NCBI GenBank assembly: GCA_965217585.1
Contig: OZ244561.1
Coordinates: forward strand, 4,608,001-4,672,000
Origin: Candidatus Latescibacterota bacterium
Lineage (GTDB): Bacteria > Latescibacterota > UBA2968 > UBA8231
Direction of reading: 5' to 3'
DNA: 64,000 bases
Shown: one piece after another, positions 20,376-30,403 of the stretch
Layout of the letters: every line of letters starts with the position of its first letter
Numbering within the stretch: position 1 is the first letter of the stretch
The notes under the pieces: model-generated
The model's database searches: none
What the model saw: the letters and a program-made list of their open reading frames with translations, nothing else
Told to the model about the DNA's origin: nothing
Made by a program: the position numbers and the translations under genes

Positions 20376-20403
20376 AATATAAAGAGGCGTAACGGCTCGT
20401 CAA
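20376..20403 (-). promoter_or_regulatory. Putative sigma-70 promoter for parA
   Basis: Minus strand TTGACG, 16 bp, TATATT. Confidence 0.5.
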
Positions 20404-20551
20404 GGGTTTGTGCCAATTTGGTTGCAGTCGATACAAAAAATACATAAGGTCTTATAAAATAAATATGTTATATATTTAAGCAATCGATTGTAATCCCTGC
20501 GCAGCAAGGTTTTTGGGCCTGTGGCGGGCGATTTCTTATTATTGTTTTTCT

Positions 20552-21746
20552 CATGCTACGCGACAAAACGAGAAAGACCTACCCCTGAATTGACCGGAGA
20601 TTAAGTTTGGAGTGCCGAAGTCCATGTTCCCCGATCACCAGGAGCAGGTCTATGTCGCCTCAAACTACCGATTTATACACGGCGATGCAATGGCATCTGC
20701 CGTGGCACAAAGCCCGGGTCAAGTTCATCGCCGCCTTCGTGTTAGCCTTAATCCAGGTGACCACGGTAAACCTGGTTCGCATCGCCAACGGCTTGAATGG
20801 AAACGCCGATAGAAAATCAAACTATCGTCGCATCCAACGCTTTTTTGCTCTGTTCGACCTCGACTATGATCTGCTGGCCGAACGGGTGGTCAGGCTGTTA
20901 CCGCCCCGGAAAGATTGGCTGATCACCTTGGATCGCACCCATTGGCAATTCGGTCAACTTCAGATCAATATTCTGTTGGTCGGGATCGTCTTTCAAGGGG
21001 TCGCCTTTCCGCTCTACTGGACGATGCGGCCCAAGAAAGGCAACTCGAATACCCAGGAACGTATCGCCTTGATGGAACAGGTCCTCGCCCTGTTGGGTCC
21101 CCAACGGATTCGCGCCGTGGTGTGCGATCGGGAATTCATCGGCCAAGCTTGGTTCCAGTGGTTGGATCAACAGGGACTGACCTATCATATTCGTATTCGC
21201 GAGAAGGCCGTGCTGCCCAGTCCCAAGCCGTCTTCCGCGGTGCGTACTCTCTTCCTCGATCTGCCGCAAGATCAGGCACGGATCTTGCGCAAGCGGAGAT
21301 GGATCTACGGGCAAGCCGTGTTCCTTTCCGCGATTCGGTTAGCCGATGAATATCTCATCGTAGCCAGCAACCAGGACAAGGCCCGAGCGTTGTCTCGCTA
21401 CCGGAAACGCTGGGGAATAGAAGTGCTTTTTTCGGCGCTGAAAAAGCGCGGCTTCGACTTCGAGCAGACCCATCTGACCCAGATTGAGCGCATCCGCAAG
21501 TTAGTGGCGCTGTTGGCCCTCGCCTTCACTTGGGCGCATCTGGTTGGCATCTGGTTAGCCCAGCAGAAACCGTTGAAAATCAAGAAGCATGGATACCCCG
21601 AGCAGAGCTTGTTCCGCTATGGATTGGATCACTTGCAGTACCTGTTGCTCAATATTCAGGAGAAGCGCAACGACTTTGCCGAATGCGTCTGGTTATGGCG
21701 GTGTCCACCTGGGAGCATCGCAGAATAGGTTTTGTCGTGGAGCATG
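20552..21746 (+). mobile_element. IS4-family insertion sequence (1195 bp)
   Basis: 18-bp TIRs CATGCTACGCGACAAAAC / CATGCTCCACGACAAAAC (2 mismatches). 8-bp direct target repeat GTTTTTCT at 20544-20551 and 21747-21754. Confidence 0.92.
20652..21728 (+). CDS. IS4-family DDE transposase
   Basis: LDRT.W, CDREF and the YREK-like signature YRKRWGIEVLFSALK. Confidence 0.93.
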   Translation: MSPQTTDLYTAMQWHLPWHKARVKFIAAFVLALIQVTTVNLVRIANGLNGNADRKSNYRRIQRFFALFDLDYDLLAERVVRLLPPRKDWLITLDRTHWQFGQLQINILLVGIVFQGVAFPLYWTMRPKKGNSNTQERIALMEQVLALLGPQRIRAVVCDREFIGQAWFQWLDQQGLTYHIRIREKAVLPSPKPSSAVRTLFLDLPQDQARILRKRRWIYGQAVFLSAIRLADEYLIVASNQDKARALSRYRKRWGIEVLFSALKKRGFDFEQTHLTQIERIRKLVALLALAFTWAHLVGIWLAQQKPLKIKKHGYPEQSLFRYGLDHLQYLLLNIQEKRNDFAECVWLWRCPPGSIAE

Positions 21747-21781
21747 GTTTTTCTTATATAAAATCGCAGAAGCGAGAAACG

Positions 21782-22582
21782 ATGAAAAGCGATTCCACGT
21801 TCTCAGAATTAGTTGCTATCATGGCACATCTGCGCGGCCCCAACGGCTGCCCTTGGGACCGCAAGCAGACGCATGCCACGCTCAAACCCTACCTATTGGA
21901 GGAGACGTACGAGGCCCTCGAAGCCATTGACGCGGAAGACGACGCCGAGCTATGCAAGGAGCTGGGCGATGTGTTGCTACAAGTGGTGTTCCACGCCCAG
22001 ATCGCGGCCGAGGAGGGCCGCTTCGACATCGAGGCGGTCGGCCAAGCCATCGTCGATAAGCTGATTCGCCGCCATCCCCATGTCTTCGACGATGCGAGTG
22101 TGGACGGGGCCGACGAGGTTCTGCGCCGCTGGGAGCAGATCAAAAAGCAGGAGCGCCAGGAGCAAGGGGAAGCCGCGCCCTCGTCGTTGGAAGGCATTCC
22201 CAAGCGTCTCCCCGCCCTAATGCGCGCCCATCGGATCCAAGCGCGAGTCGCACAGCAGGGGTTTGATTGGGACGATATTGATGGCGCACTCGACAAGGTC
22301 GAAGAGGAATTCGCCGAAGTGCGCAAGGCTTGGGAGATGGGTGGGGCCGCGGCTGTCGAGGAGGAGTTTGGCGACCTGCTCTTCTCGTTGGTCAACGCCA
22401 GCCGCTTCCTCAACGTAGAGCCCGAACAGGCACTCAGGCGTGCAGTTGCCAAGTTCGAGCGCCGCTTCCGCGCCCTAGAGGAGGCTGTGCATGCGCGAGG
22501 CGAGGAAGTATCCGCGCTCTCACTGGCAGCCCTAGACGAGATCTGGGACGAGGTGAAAGCACGCGAAAGGGTCGAAGAATAA
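21782..22582 (+). CDS. mazG: Nucleoside triphosphate pyrophosphohydrolase
   Basis: GCPWDRKQT, EETYE, ELGD, KLIRRHPHVF and a second EEEFGD domain. Confidence 0.95.
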   Translation: MKSDSTFSELVAIMAHLRGPNGCPWDRKQTHATLKPYLLEETYEALEAIDAEDDAELCKELGDVLLQVVFHAQIAAEEGRFDIEAVGQAIVDKLIRRHPHVFDDASVDGADEVLRRWEQIKKQERQEQGEAAPSSLEGIPKRLPALMRAHRIQARVAQQGFDWDDIDGALDKVEEEFAEVRKAWEMGGAAAVEEEFGDLLFSLVNASRFLNVEPEQALRRAVAKFERRFRALEEAVHARGEEVSALSLAALDEIWDEVKARERVEE

Positions 22583-22591
22583 GGAGGCGAC

Positions 22592-23305
22592 ATGGAACTG
22601 GCGCTCGACAGGGTTCCCCTCCGCGTTGATGTGCTCTTTGTCTCCACGGTCGTGGGCGTTTTGGCGCTCTCGGTGCTGGCCGTGCACGCCGCTGTCCAGC
22701 GCGCGGGACAGGCCGCCGACCTGTGGACGATGCGGGCGGCCATTGGAGCGGTACTCTGGTTAGTGGCGACCGGGCTGGCCGCGCTCTCGGGCGAGCTGCG
22801 GAGCTTTTCGCTACCCCTCTTCACAGGCTTGATGATCCTAACGGGCGGTGCGGCCTTTTCGCGGGTGGGGGCCGCGCTGATGGCTACGGTCGGCCCCGTC
22901 GGGCTGATTGGCTTCCAGTTTTTCCGCGTGCCGGTTGCCATGTTCATCCACGGGATGTACCAGGTCGGGCAGGCACCGGTGCAGATGACTTACGAGGGGC
23001 TCAACTTCGACATCTTCACCGGCTTGACCGCACCGGCCATGGCTTGGCTGGTCTGGCGCGGCAAGGTGGGATCCTACGCGATATGGGCTTGGAATGCGTT
23101 TGGGCTGGTGCTGCTGGCCGAGGCGGTCGTCGTCGCGGCCCTCTCCATGCCGACGGAGTTCCGCGTCTTTACCAACGAGCCGGCTAGCACGTTTGTGACC
23201 TACGCACCCTACGTCTGGCTGCCGACGGTCTTGGCACCAGCCGCCCTATTGGGTCATTTGTTGGTATTGCGCTGGCTGTTGGCAAGCTGCTCCGGGTCGA
23301 GATAA
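22592..23305 (+). CDS. Hypothetical multi-pass membrane protein
   Basis: Strong SD (AGGAGG), several TM helices, and GFQFFR, NFDI and WLPT motifs. Confidence 0.7.
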   Translation: MELALDRVPLRVDVLFVSTVVGVLALSVLAVHAAVQRAGQAADLWTMRAAIGAVLWLVATGLAALSGELRSFSLPLFTGLMILTGGAAFSRVGAALMATVGPVGLIGFQFFRVPVAMFIHGMYQVGQAPVQMTYEGLNFDIFTGLTAPAMAWLVWRGKVGSYAIWAWNAFGLVLLAEAVVVAALSMPTEFRVFTNEPASTFVTYAPYVWLPTVLAPAALLGHLLVLRWLLASCSGSR

Positions 23306-24786
23306 TCCATAGCCGGATCGAGTTTCCAGCGGCACTGGTCGGGAGGCTGGACGGTGCGGCCCCACGCGGCTAGGATGGGCCGGTCGGCGCGGAGCGCGGT
23401 TATGCGCGCGGCGATCCACTCCGGGTCCCACCCGTCTAGGACTTCGGCTTTGAGCGCGGCCAGCGTCTCTTGGTGCGCCGGGTCGGCCGCTAGGTCGCAG
23501 CGCTCGCGCGGGTCAGTTTGGAGGTTAAAAAGCTGGCAGGGCTGGCCGTGGTAGTAGTTGAGCTTCCACGGTCCACGCCGAATCATGCGCTGGAAAATGC
23601 CCTCCTCTGGGAAGGGGCCGCCGGCCCCGGCCGCGTCTTGGCAGAACTCGGAGAAGGCGACGTCGTCCCACTCGACGTTTTTGGGATCTGCGAGCAAGGG
23701 CAGGAGGCTGCGGCCCCGCGAGTTGGGCAAGTCCGGGCAGCCCAAGGCGTCGAGCATGGTCGCGTTGAGGTCGAGTGAAGAAATCACCCGGTCGCAACGG
23801 GTGCCTGCGGGCAAGCGTCCAGGCCAAGCGAGGATGGCCGGCACCTTAACCGAGTCCTCGTAAAAAGTCTGCTTCCACCACAGCCCATGCTCGCCGACCT
23901 GTTCGCCGTGGTCTGAGGTATAGAGGACGAGGGTATTTTCCTCCAAGTCGTTTTCCCGCAGTGCGGCCACGATCTGGCCGATCAGCACGTCCATGCGGTG
24001 GACTAGCGCCCAATAGGCGGCGCGGGCGCGGCGGGTCTCTTCTTCACTGACTTCCTCGATATCGCAGGCTTGGCGCCAGCGCTTGATGTGGGGGTGGAGG
24101 TGGTCGCCGAAGGGTTCGGGGGTTTGCGGCGGGGTGATGTTTTCATAGTAGTAGCGATAGTCTTGCAAGCGGGCGACAAAAGGCTGGTGCGGCAGCATGA
24201 AACCGACCGAGAGCGAGAATGGCTCAGCGGCTTGGCCGGTGCGCTTGGCGACGCCGAAGCGATTGAGGTAATCAACGGTCGCTGCGGTGACGTCTTCGTC
24301 GTGGACTTGGTAGGCACTCTGGCCGTGGCCGGACAGGCGCAGGCTGACGCGGCTCGGCCCGGCCGTGCCCGCGAGCTGGCCGTGATCGACGCCCTGGCCC
24401 CCGGGCTGGTTGGGGCCGTGGTCGCCGACGAGCCGCTCCGCGTACCCGTGTAGTTGGTCCGGCCCAACTGAGTGCATGCGGCCGACGAGTGCGGGGTGGT
24501 AGCCGCCCGCGCCCATGGCGTGGGCGAGGGTGGGGATGCCGGAGTCGAGGATGTGGGTGTTGGTCCAAACTTGGTTGTCGCAGGGGTAGCGGCCCGAGAG
24601 CATGGACATCCGCGAGGGCACGCAAATCGGCGAGGGGCAATAGGTGTTGTCGAATGCCACCCCGCGCGCGGCGAGGGCATCGAGGTGGGGGGTCTCGACT
24701 AAGGGATCGCCATAGCAGCCGGCGACGTAGGGGCTGTGTTGGTCGGAGTGGATGTAAAGCAGGTTGGGGCGAGGTGCTTGGCTCAT
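23254..24786 (-). CDS. Sulfatase (choline-sulfatase-like)
   Basis: PNLLYIHSDQH, formylglycine motif CVPSR, SDHGE and KVPAI. Confidence 0.92.
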   Translation of the reverse strand: MSQAPRPNLLYIHSDQHSPYVAGCYGDPLVETPHLDALAARGVAFDNTYCPSPICVPSRMSMLSGRYPCDNQVWTNTHILDSGIPTLAHAMGAGGYHPALVGRMHSVGPDQLHGYAERLVGDHGPNQPGGQGVDHGQLAGTAGPSRVSLRLSGHGQSAYQVHDEDVTAATVDYLNRFGVAKRTGQAAEPFSLSVGFMLPHQPFVARLQDYRYYYENITPPQTPEPFGDHLHPHIKRWRQACDIEEVSEEETRRARAAYWALVHRMDVLIGQIVAALRENDLEENTLVLYTSDHGEQVGEHGLWWKQTFYEDSVKVPAILAWPGRLPAGTRCDRVISSLDLNATMLDALGCPDLPNSRGRSLLPLLADPKNVEWDDVAFSEFCQDAAGAGGPFPEEGIFQRMIRRGPWKLNYYHGQPCQLFNLQTDPRERCDLAADPAHQETLAALKAEVLDGWDPEWIAARITALRADRPILAAWGRTVQPPDQCRWKLDPAMDYLDPEQLANSQRNTNK

Positions 24787-24929
24787 AATGGTCCTTGTCG
24801 GTTAGGCGGTGTGCGCGATAAGGTATGCGGCTGGTTGGAGCCGATCAAGATGGGGCCGGACGGGTTTTCTCGCGCCGCTGCCTTGTGTACTTTTTTTGCA
24901 CGGCGAACCACAAGCGATGGAGATTAGGT

Positions 24930-25733
24930 ATGCAAAGCAAAAAAACCGCCAAGTCGGCGAAGATGAAGAAGAAGGACTACGAGAGCGAATTGGCCAAGTT
25001 GCACCACGAACTAGTCAAGTTGCAGCACTGGATCAAGGACCAGGGCTTGCGGGTCGTGATCGTCTTTGAGGGGCGCGACACGGCTGGCAAAGGCGGGATC
25101 ATCAAGCGTATCACCGAGCCGCTCAATCCGCGCGGCGCGCGCGTGGTGGCCTTGGGCACGCCGTCGGACCGCGAGCGCACCCAGTGGTACTTCCAGCGCT
25201 ACGTGACCCACCTGCCGGCCGCGGGTGAGATCGTGGTCTTCGACCGCAGTTGGTACAACCGCAGCGGCGTCGAACGGGTGTTGGGCTTTTGCACCGAGGA
25301 GGAGTATTGGGAGTTTCTCCACTCGTGCCCGGAGTTTGAGCGCATGCTAGTGCGCTCGGGGATCATCCTGCTCAAGTACTGGCTCTCGGTGAGCGAGGAA
25401 GAGCAAGAAAGCCGCTTTCAGGAGCGCGCTCGGAATCCGCTCAAGCGCTGGAAGCTCAGCGATATAGACCTCAAGTCGCGGAACCTGTGGGTCGATTACT
25501 CCAAGGCCAAAGACGAGGCGTTTTTCTACACGGATATTCCCGAAGCGCCTTGGTACACGGTCGAGGCCGACGACAAGCGCCGGGCGCGTCTCAACTGCAT
25601 TGCGCACATCCTCAGCCAACTGCCCTACGAGGATGTGATGCCGCAAAAGGTCAAGCTGCCGCCGCGCCCGCCCCACGGCGAGTACCAGCGCCCGCCGCAC
25701 AGCAAGTTGCACTTTGTCGATGAGCGGTACTGA
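24930..25733 (+). CDS. ppk2: Polyphosphate kinase 2
   Basis: FEGRDTAGKGG, FDRSWYNR and WKLS..D. Confidence 0.95.
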   Translation: MQSKKTAKSAKMKKKDYESELAKLHHELVKLQHWIKDQGLRVVIVFEGRDTAGKGGIIKRITEPLNPRGARVVALGTPSDRERTQWYFQRYVTHLPAAGEIVVFDRSWYNRSGVERVLGFCTEEEYWEFLHSCPEFERMLVRSGIILLKYWLSVSEEEQESRFQERARNPLKRWKLSDIDLKSRNLWVDYSKAKDEAFFYTDIPEAPWYTVEADDKRRARLNCIAHILSQLPYEDVMPQKVKLPPRPPHGEYQRPPHSKLHFVDERY

Positions 25734-25776
25734 AAAGCGGTTTTGCAACTTGCCCGAGTGCGAGCAATGAGACGCG

Positions 25777-26478
25777 ATGTCTACAAGCCAATTCGAGTTT
25801 TTCGGCCTTCCCCACCTCGCCGCGATGGGTGTGACGCTCGCTTTGCCGATCCTCTTGACTCTTGCCGTCAAGCGGCTCAATTCGGCAAAGGCGACTCAAG
25901 CCATCTGCGGCGCATTCGCGGGCGTGCTCCTGCTCAACGAGATCCTGCCCTGGAGTCACCGCTTGGCGACGGTCGGGGCGCACGAGTTCGCGCGGTGGTA
26001 CCTGCCGTTGCACGTCTGTGGCATTACCGTCTTCGCCGTCGCTGCCGCGCTCGTCTTCCGCTGCCGGACGGCGTATGAAATCGCGTACTTCTGGGGGCTT
26101 GTCGGCGCGACCAACGCCGTCGTCACGCCGCCGCTCGAGGCTGGCTATCCAGCGTATCGCTTCTTTCAATATTTCATCGCCCACGGCGGCATCGTCGCTG
26201 GCGCGCTGTTCGCAACTTGGGGCCTCGGCATGCGACCGACGGCCAAGTCCGTCCTCCGCGTCTTCGCACTGCTCAATCTCCTGGCCATTGTCGCGTTCGG
26301 CGTCAATTGGGCGCTGGGTAGCAACTACATGTTCCTCAGCCGGCCGCCCGTTACCCAGTCGCCGTTTTTCTTTGCTCCGTGGCCGTGGTATATCCCAATC
26401 CTCGACGGCGTGGCGCTCGTTTTATTTTACGTGCTACTCATACCCTTTAAGATCGGGCGCAGAGCAGACGGCTCGTGA
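25777..26478 (+). CDS. YwaF/TIGR02206-like membrane protein
   Basis: LPLHVC, YFWG, F..HG, SNYMFL and PWPWY. Confidence 0.8.
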   Translation: MSTSQFEFFGLPHLAAMGVTLALPILLTLAVKRLNSAKATQAICGAFAGVLLLNEILPWSHRLATVGAHEFARWYLPLHVCGITVFAVAAALVFRCRTAYEIAYFWGLVGATNAVVTPPLEAGYPAYRFFQYFIAHGGIVAGALFATWGLGMRPTAKSVLRVFALLNLLAIVAFGVNWALGSNYMFLSRPPVTQSPFFFAPWPWYIPILDGVALVLFYVLLIPFKIGRRADGS

Positions 26479-26524
26479 GCGCCTACAACGCCATTTACTC
26501 GACGAGCGTTCCTTTTAGATTCCC

Positions 26525-28162
26525 ATGAAAGCATTCCACCAAAAAAAGAAGGCTACGCCCAAAGAGTCCGAGTCTCAGAGTCTCAAAGCGGGCATAGGCA
26601 CGCGCGTAGTCGGGTTATTGGAAGCTCCTTGGGCACAGTGCGGTATTCCCCGCTTTGTTGTCGCGGCGACATTTTTCCTAGGGATCTGGACCTTCGACCC
26701 CAAACTTTCCCTGAGTGGCGATAACGCCGAATTCATCACGCTGGCGCGCAGTCTGGCCCAAGGCGAGGGGCTTTTGCACATCAACTCGCCCGATCCGCAG
26801 CCAGCGACCAAGTACCCTCTTGGCTTCCCCCTTTTGCTGGCCCCTTTGGCATGGGCTTTTCCCGGCGCTTGGGTGCCGATGAAGGCTTGGGTGCTGGTGC
26901 TCTTTGCGCTGGGGATGGGGGTGCTTTACCAATTGGCCAAGGAGCGGGTGGGCGTCTTGCCCGGCCTAGCGGTGGTGGCGCTGAGCGTTGTGCTCGGCAA
27001 GAGCTATTTGACGCACGGGCCGACCGGTGCAGTTTACGGCCCGCTACTTCTGCATTACGTACACCAAGTCATGTCCGAAGTGCCCTATCTGACCTTTTCG
27101 CTTTTGGCGCTGTGGCTTGTCGAACGGGGCGTCGAGCGCGAGGGCCTCAAGGGAAACTGGTGGCTCGTCAGCGGGTTCACCTGCACCATTTGGGCGTACT
27201 ATATCCGCACGGTCGGGATCGCGCTAATAGCGGCTGTGGTGGTCTATCTGGTGCTCCGACGCGATTTCCGGCGGTGTTTGCTCTTTGGCGGTGCGGCGTT
27301 TGTCTGCTGGCTGCCATGGACATTGCGCAACCAAGCAGTGGGCGGCGGTGGTGTCTATATCAAGCAACTCTTCATGGTCAATCCCTACCACCCAGAGCGG
27401 GGTCTGCTCGATCTGGGCGGCTTTATCGAGCGCTTTATCGGCCATATATATCTCTATCTGACGCAGGAATTGCCCTATACCCTAGTGCCTTTTTTTTTGG
27501 GTACCGAGACAATTTTCCACCCCGCGCCCTTGTTGCTGATCGCGCTCGCCGTTGCCGCGACGGTACTCTGCATCAAGCGCGGCGAACATCTGTTGCTCCT
27601 GCTCTACGCGGCCTTCTTCATGGGTATCGTGTTGCTCTGGCCCTGGCCGGGGGACCGCTTTCTGGTGCCTATCGTGCCGGTGCTCGTCTTGTTGGGGGTC
27701 TGGGTCGTTTTGCAAATTCGCGACAGACTGGCCGGGGGCCATGTGGGCAGGGTCGTGGTATGGGGCTTCTTCCTCGCCTGTGTCATCGGCCAAGTCGGCG
27801 GCGTCAAACGCCTAGCCGATCACGCTGCCGCCGACTACCCCCCGCCTTGGCTCCGCTACTACCAAGCCGGTCAATGGCTCAAAGCCAACGCGCCGGAAGA
27901 CGCCATTGTGCTGTGTCGCAAGGGGTACTGGATGTACATCGTCTCGGGCCGGCGCTGCGTCGGCTTCCCCTTTGACGAGCCGGCAAAAGTGCTGGCTCAT
28001 ATGGAGCGCGAAAAGGTAGATTACGTCGTGCTGGAGAACCTCGGTTTTGCGCAGACTTGGCAGTACTTGTTCCCAGCTATCGAGGAGTACGAGAGTCGTT
28101 TTCAGATGGTGTGGCACGACCCGGCGGTGCCGACTTACGTGCTGCGTTTCCTCAAGCAATAG
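26525..28162 (+). CDS. GT-C-like (ArnT/PMT, GT39-like) membrane glycosyltransferase
   Basis: GDNAEF..LA.SLA.G, YPLGFPLLLA, MSEVPY and RFLVP, with multiple TMs. Confidence 0.75.
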   Translation: MKAFHQKKKATPKESESQSLKAGIGTRVVGLLEAPWAQCGIPRFVVAATFFLGIWTFDPKLSLSGDNAEFITLARSLAQGEGLLHINSPDPQPATKYPLGFPLLLAPLAWAFPGAWVPMKAWVLVLFALGMGVLYQLAKERVGVLPGLAVVALSVVLGKSYLTHGPTGAVYGPLLLHYVHQVMSEVPYLTFSLLALWLVERGVEREGLKGNWWLVSGFTCTIWAYYIRTVGIALIAAVVVYLVLRRDFRRCLLFGGAAFVCWLPWTLRNQAVGGGGVYIKQLFMVNPYHPERGLLDLGGFIERFIGHIYLYLTQELPYTLVPFFLGTETIFHPAPLLLIALAVAATVLCIKRGEHLLLLLYAAFFMGIVLLWPWPGDRFLVPIVPVLVLLGVWVVLQIRDRLAGGHVGRVVVWGFFLACVIGQVGGVKRLADHAAADYPPPWLRYYQAGQWLKANAPEDAIVLCRKGYWMYIVSGRRCVGFPFDEPAKVLAHMEREKVDYVVLENLGFAQTWQYLFPAIEEYESRFQMVWHDPAVPTYVLRFLKQ

Positions 28163-28233
28163 GCCATTTGCCTTGCCGACCGCTCGCATCTTTTGAAATG
28201 CCTCGCCCGTTTTCTCCAATAAAGAAGGTGTCC

Positions 28234-30108
28234 GTGATTCGGCGCTGCTCGCTACACGTTCTCCTGTCCTATTTGGTGTGCAGTCTCGTCTTTACCTACC
28301 CGCTGGTATTTCGCCTAACGACCCACGTACCCGGTGGTAAAGGTGATGTGCCGATCTATATATGGAACCTATGGTGGATGAAAAAAGCCCTATCCGAGGG
28401 CATCCCGCCGCTTTTTTGCGACTATATCTTCGTCCCTTACGGCGCGTCGCTGGTCTTCCACTCCTTCGTCTTTTTCAAGGCTGTATTGGCAGTGCCCTTG
28501 CAGTGGTTATGCAGTGCTTGGACGGCCTATAATATCCTGATCTTGGCGACGTTTGCCACGGCCGGTTGGGGTATGTTTTTGCTGGCACGCTACCTGACTG
28601 GCGATGGCCGGGCCGCGTGGATCGCCGGGCTTATCTACGCCTTCAGCCCCTATATGCTGACCCGCAGTCTAAGTCATTTCAACTGCCTGAGCAGTGAGTG
28701 GCTTCCCCTTTATGTGCTCTGTCTGATCCGCTTGGTGGAAACGAAGGATCAACGCTGGGCTTGGGGTGGTGGGCTGTGTCTGTTGCTGACGGCCTACTGC
28801 GATTACTACTACCTCATCTACCTGACGTTGTTCACGGCATTTTACCTCGGTTGGCGATCCTACCGCGACAGGTCGGAGGTACTAAACGGAACCTTTCTTG
28901 CGCACTTTGCGCTTATGGGGGCCATTGCCGCGGTCGGTTTCGCGCCCATTCTGTGGGTGCTCTTTGAGACGGCACAGAGCGGCTACATTTACGGAGGAGC
29001 CTCTTCGGCCAAGCTGGGGGCAGACCTGCTGGCTTTTGTAACACCGCCGCCGGGCAGCCTGCTCTATGGCGATGTAGGGGCTGGGGCCTACAAAGTATTT
29101 TCCGGCGGCAATGCGGTGGAGGCGACGGTATTTTCCGGCTATGTGGTGCTTGGTCTGTTGGCAGTGTGTGTCCTGCGCTTGCGGGGCGAGGAGGCCATAA
29201 GGGGATGGCTGTGGCTGACGCTGGCGTTTTTCCTGCTCTCGCTGGGGCCGCTGCTCCACATCGGCGGGGATTTTGTCTTCGCGCTTGGAGAAGGGCGCTT
29301 TGCCGTGCCATTACCCTACGCGCTTGTGCGCTACGTGCCCCTGATCAAGGGAGCGCGGGTGGCAGCGCGTTTCGATATTATGGTCATGTTGGGCTTGGCC
29401 GTACTCGGCGCGTACACCATGCGCTATTGGCTGGACCGGGTAGCTCATCCGGTTCGCTGGACGGCGGCGGTTGCTGCGCTGATTGCCTTAGAGTTCTTCA
29501 GGCTGCCCTATCAGGTCGCGGCAATAGAAATCCCCGCCGCCTACGCCGAAGTCGCCGGCGATCACCGCGACGTAACGGTCATGGAAGTGCCCTTGGGCTG
29601 GCGCACTGGCTGGGGAGGCACGGGGCGCAGCTTCGACGAGCGACAATTGTTCCAGACTGTTCACGGCAAACGGCTGGTAGGTGGCTTTGTTGCGCGGGTT
29701 CCCGAAGACGGACTACAACGTATGACGGCGCTACCCGGGGTCGGCCAACTCTTGGCCCTGCAGGAGGAATTGCCGAGGCCCCCTTCACCAACGGCAGCCC
29801 GCCGGCCCGCTATCCGGGCACAGCTACGGGAGCTTTTGTCGCAGTTACCAAACTTTTTGCGCGAGCGACTACTGCGCAACAATTCGGTGCGCCGCTTTCT
29901 CTCCGACGCGCCATTAAAGCAGATCCCGCGCTCAGGATCGCTGCGGGATCTGGTGCAAGCTGTCAACTTGGGCTATGTATTCGTACATCCGCCTTATAGC
30001 GGTTACGCGCCGATCCGGCGCTATTTGGAGGCCGGTTTGCCTCTGGAGCAATTTTACAAGCACGACGGCGTAATAGGCTACCGGGTGGTGGCACCAATGG
30101 ACAGATAG
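28234..30108 (+). CDS. Multi-pass membrane protein, putative GT-C/YfhO-like glycosyltransferase
   Basis: TYPL, D...WNLWW, IYAFSPY, LSLGP, R..ARF and QTVHGK.L.GG. Start may be ATG 28198. Confidence 0.7.
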   Translation: MIRRCSLHVLLSYLVCSLVFTYPLVFRLTTHVPGGKGDVPIYIWNLWWMKKALSEGIPPLFCDYIFVPYGASLVFHSFVFFKAVLAVPLQWLCSAWTAYNILILATFATAGWGMFLLARYLTGDGRAAWIAGLIYAFSPYMLTRSLSHFNCLSSEWLPLYVLCLIRLVETKDQRWAWGGGLCLLLTAYCDYYYLIYLTLFTAFYLGWRSYRDRSEVLNGTFLAHFALMGAIAAVGFAPILWVLFETAQSGYIYGGASSAKLGADLLAFVTPPPGSLLYGDVGAGAYKVFSGGNAVEATVFSGYVVLGLLAVCVLRLRGEEAIRGWLWLTLAFFLLSLGPLLHIGGDFVFALGEGRFAVPLPYALVRYVPLIKGARVAARFDIMVMLGLAVLGAYTMRYWLDRVAHPVRWTAAVAALIALEFFRLPYQVAAIEIPAAYAEVAGDHRDVTVMEVPLGWRTGWGGTGRSFDERQLFQTVHGKRLVGGFVARVPEDGLQRMTALPGVGQLLALQEELPRPPSPTAARRPAIRAQLRELLSQLPNFLRERLLRNNSVRRFLSDAPLKQIPRSGSLRDLVQAVNLGYVFVHPPYSGYAPIRRYLEAGLPLEQFYKHDGVIGYRVVAPMDR

Positions 30109-30403
30109 GTTGAACAGCAGGCGGTCTCATTGACTCTGGCTACGAAATACAAACTAGAGCTTTACCGTCCATTCTTTAGGCCGTAAAGCTCTTATAGTGA
30201 CGCTGATTGACATACGGATTTCTCATCGCTATTTTGGCCGAGTCTATCCTCTCGCTGTGCGCTGTGTTGTGGTTTTTCGGGTTATCTGCTGAATACAAGA
30301 GCCTTTTGGCAAATAGGTAGAGATTCTCCCATGAGGATGGACAACGGCTCGAGTCCTTCGGGGCTCCCTGTCCATCCTTTTTCTTTTCCGCGCGTATTCG
30401 AAC

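Noticed and set aside
20395-20540. Sigma-54 -24/-12 promoter candidates (TGGCACAAACCCTTGA on the minus strand, TGGCGGGCGATTTCT on the plus strand)
   Set aside because: Neither satisfies GG-N10-GC spacing.
20400-20551. AT-rich tract near parA as oriC
   Set aside because: No convincing TTATCCACA DnaA-box cluster and no dnaA or dnaN nearby.
21530-21781. N-terminally extended MazG from the ORF track (350 aa)
   Set aside because: The extension runs through the IS end. The family-typical start is ATG 21782.
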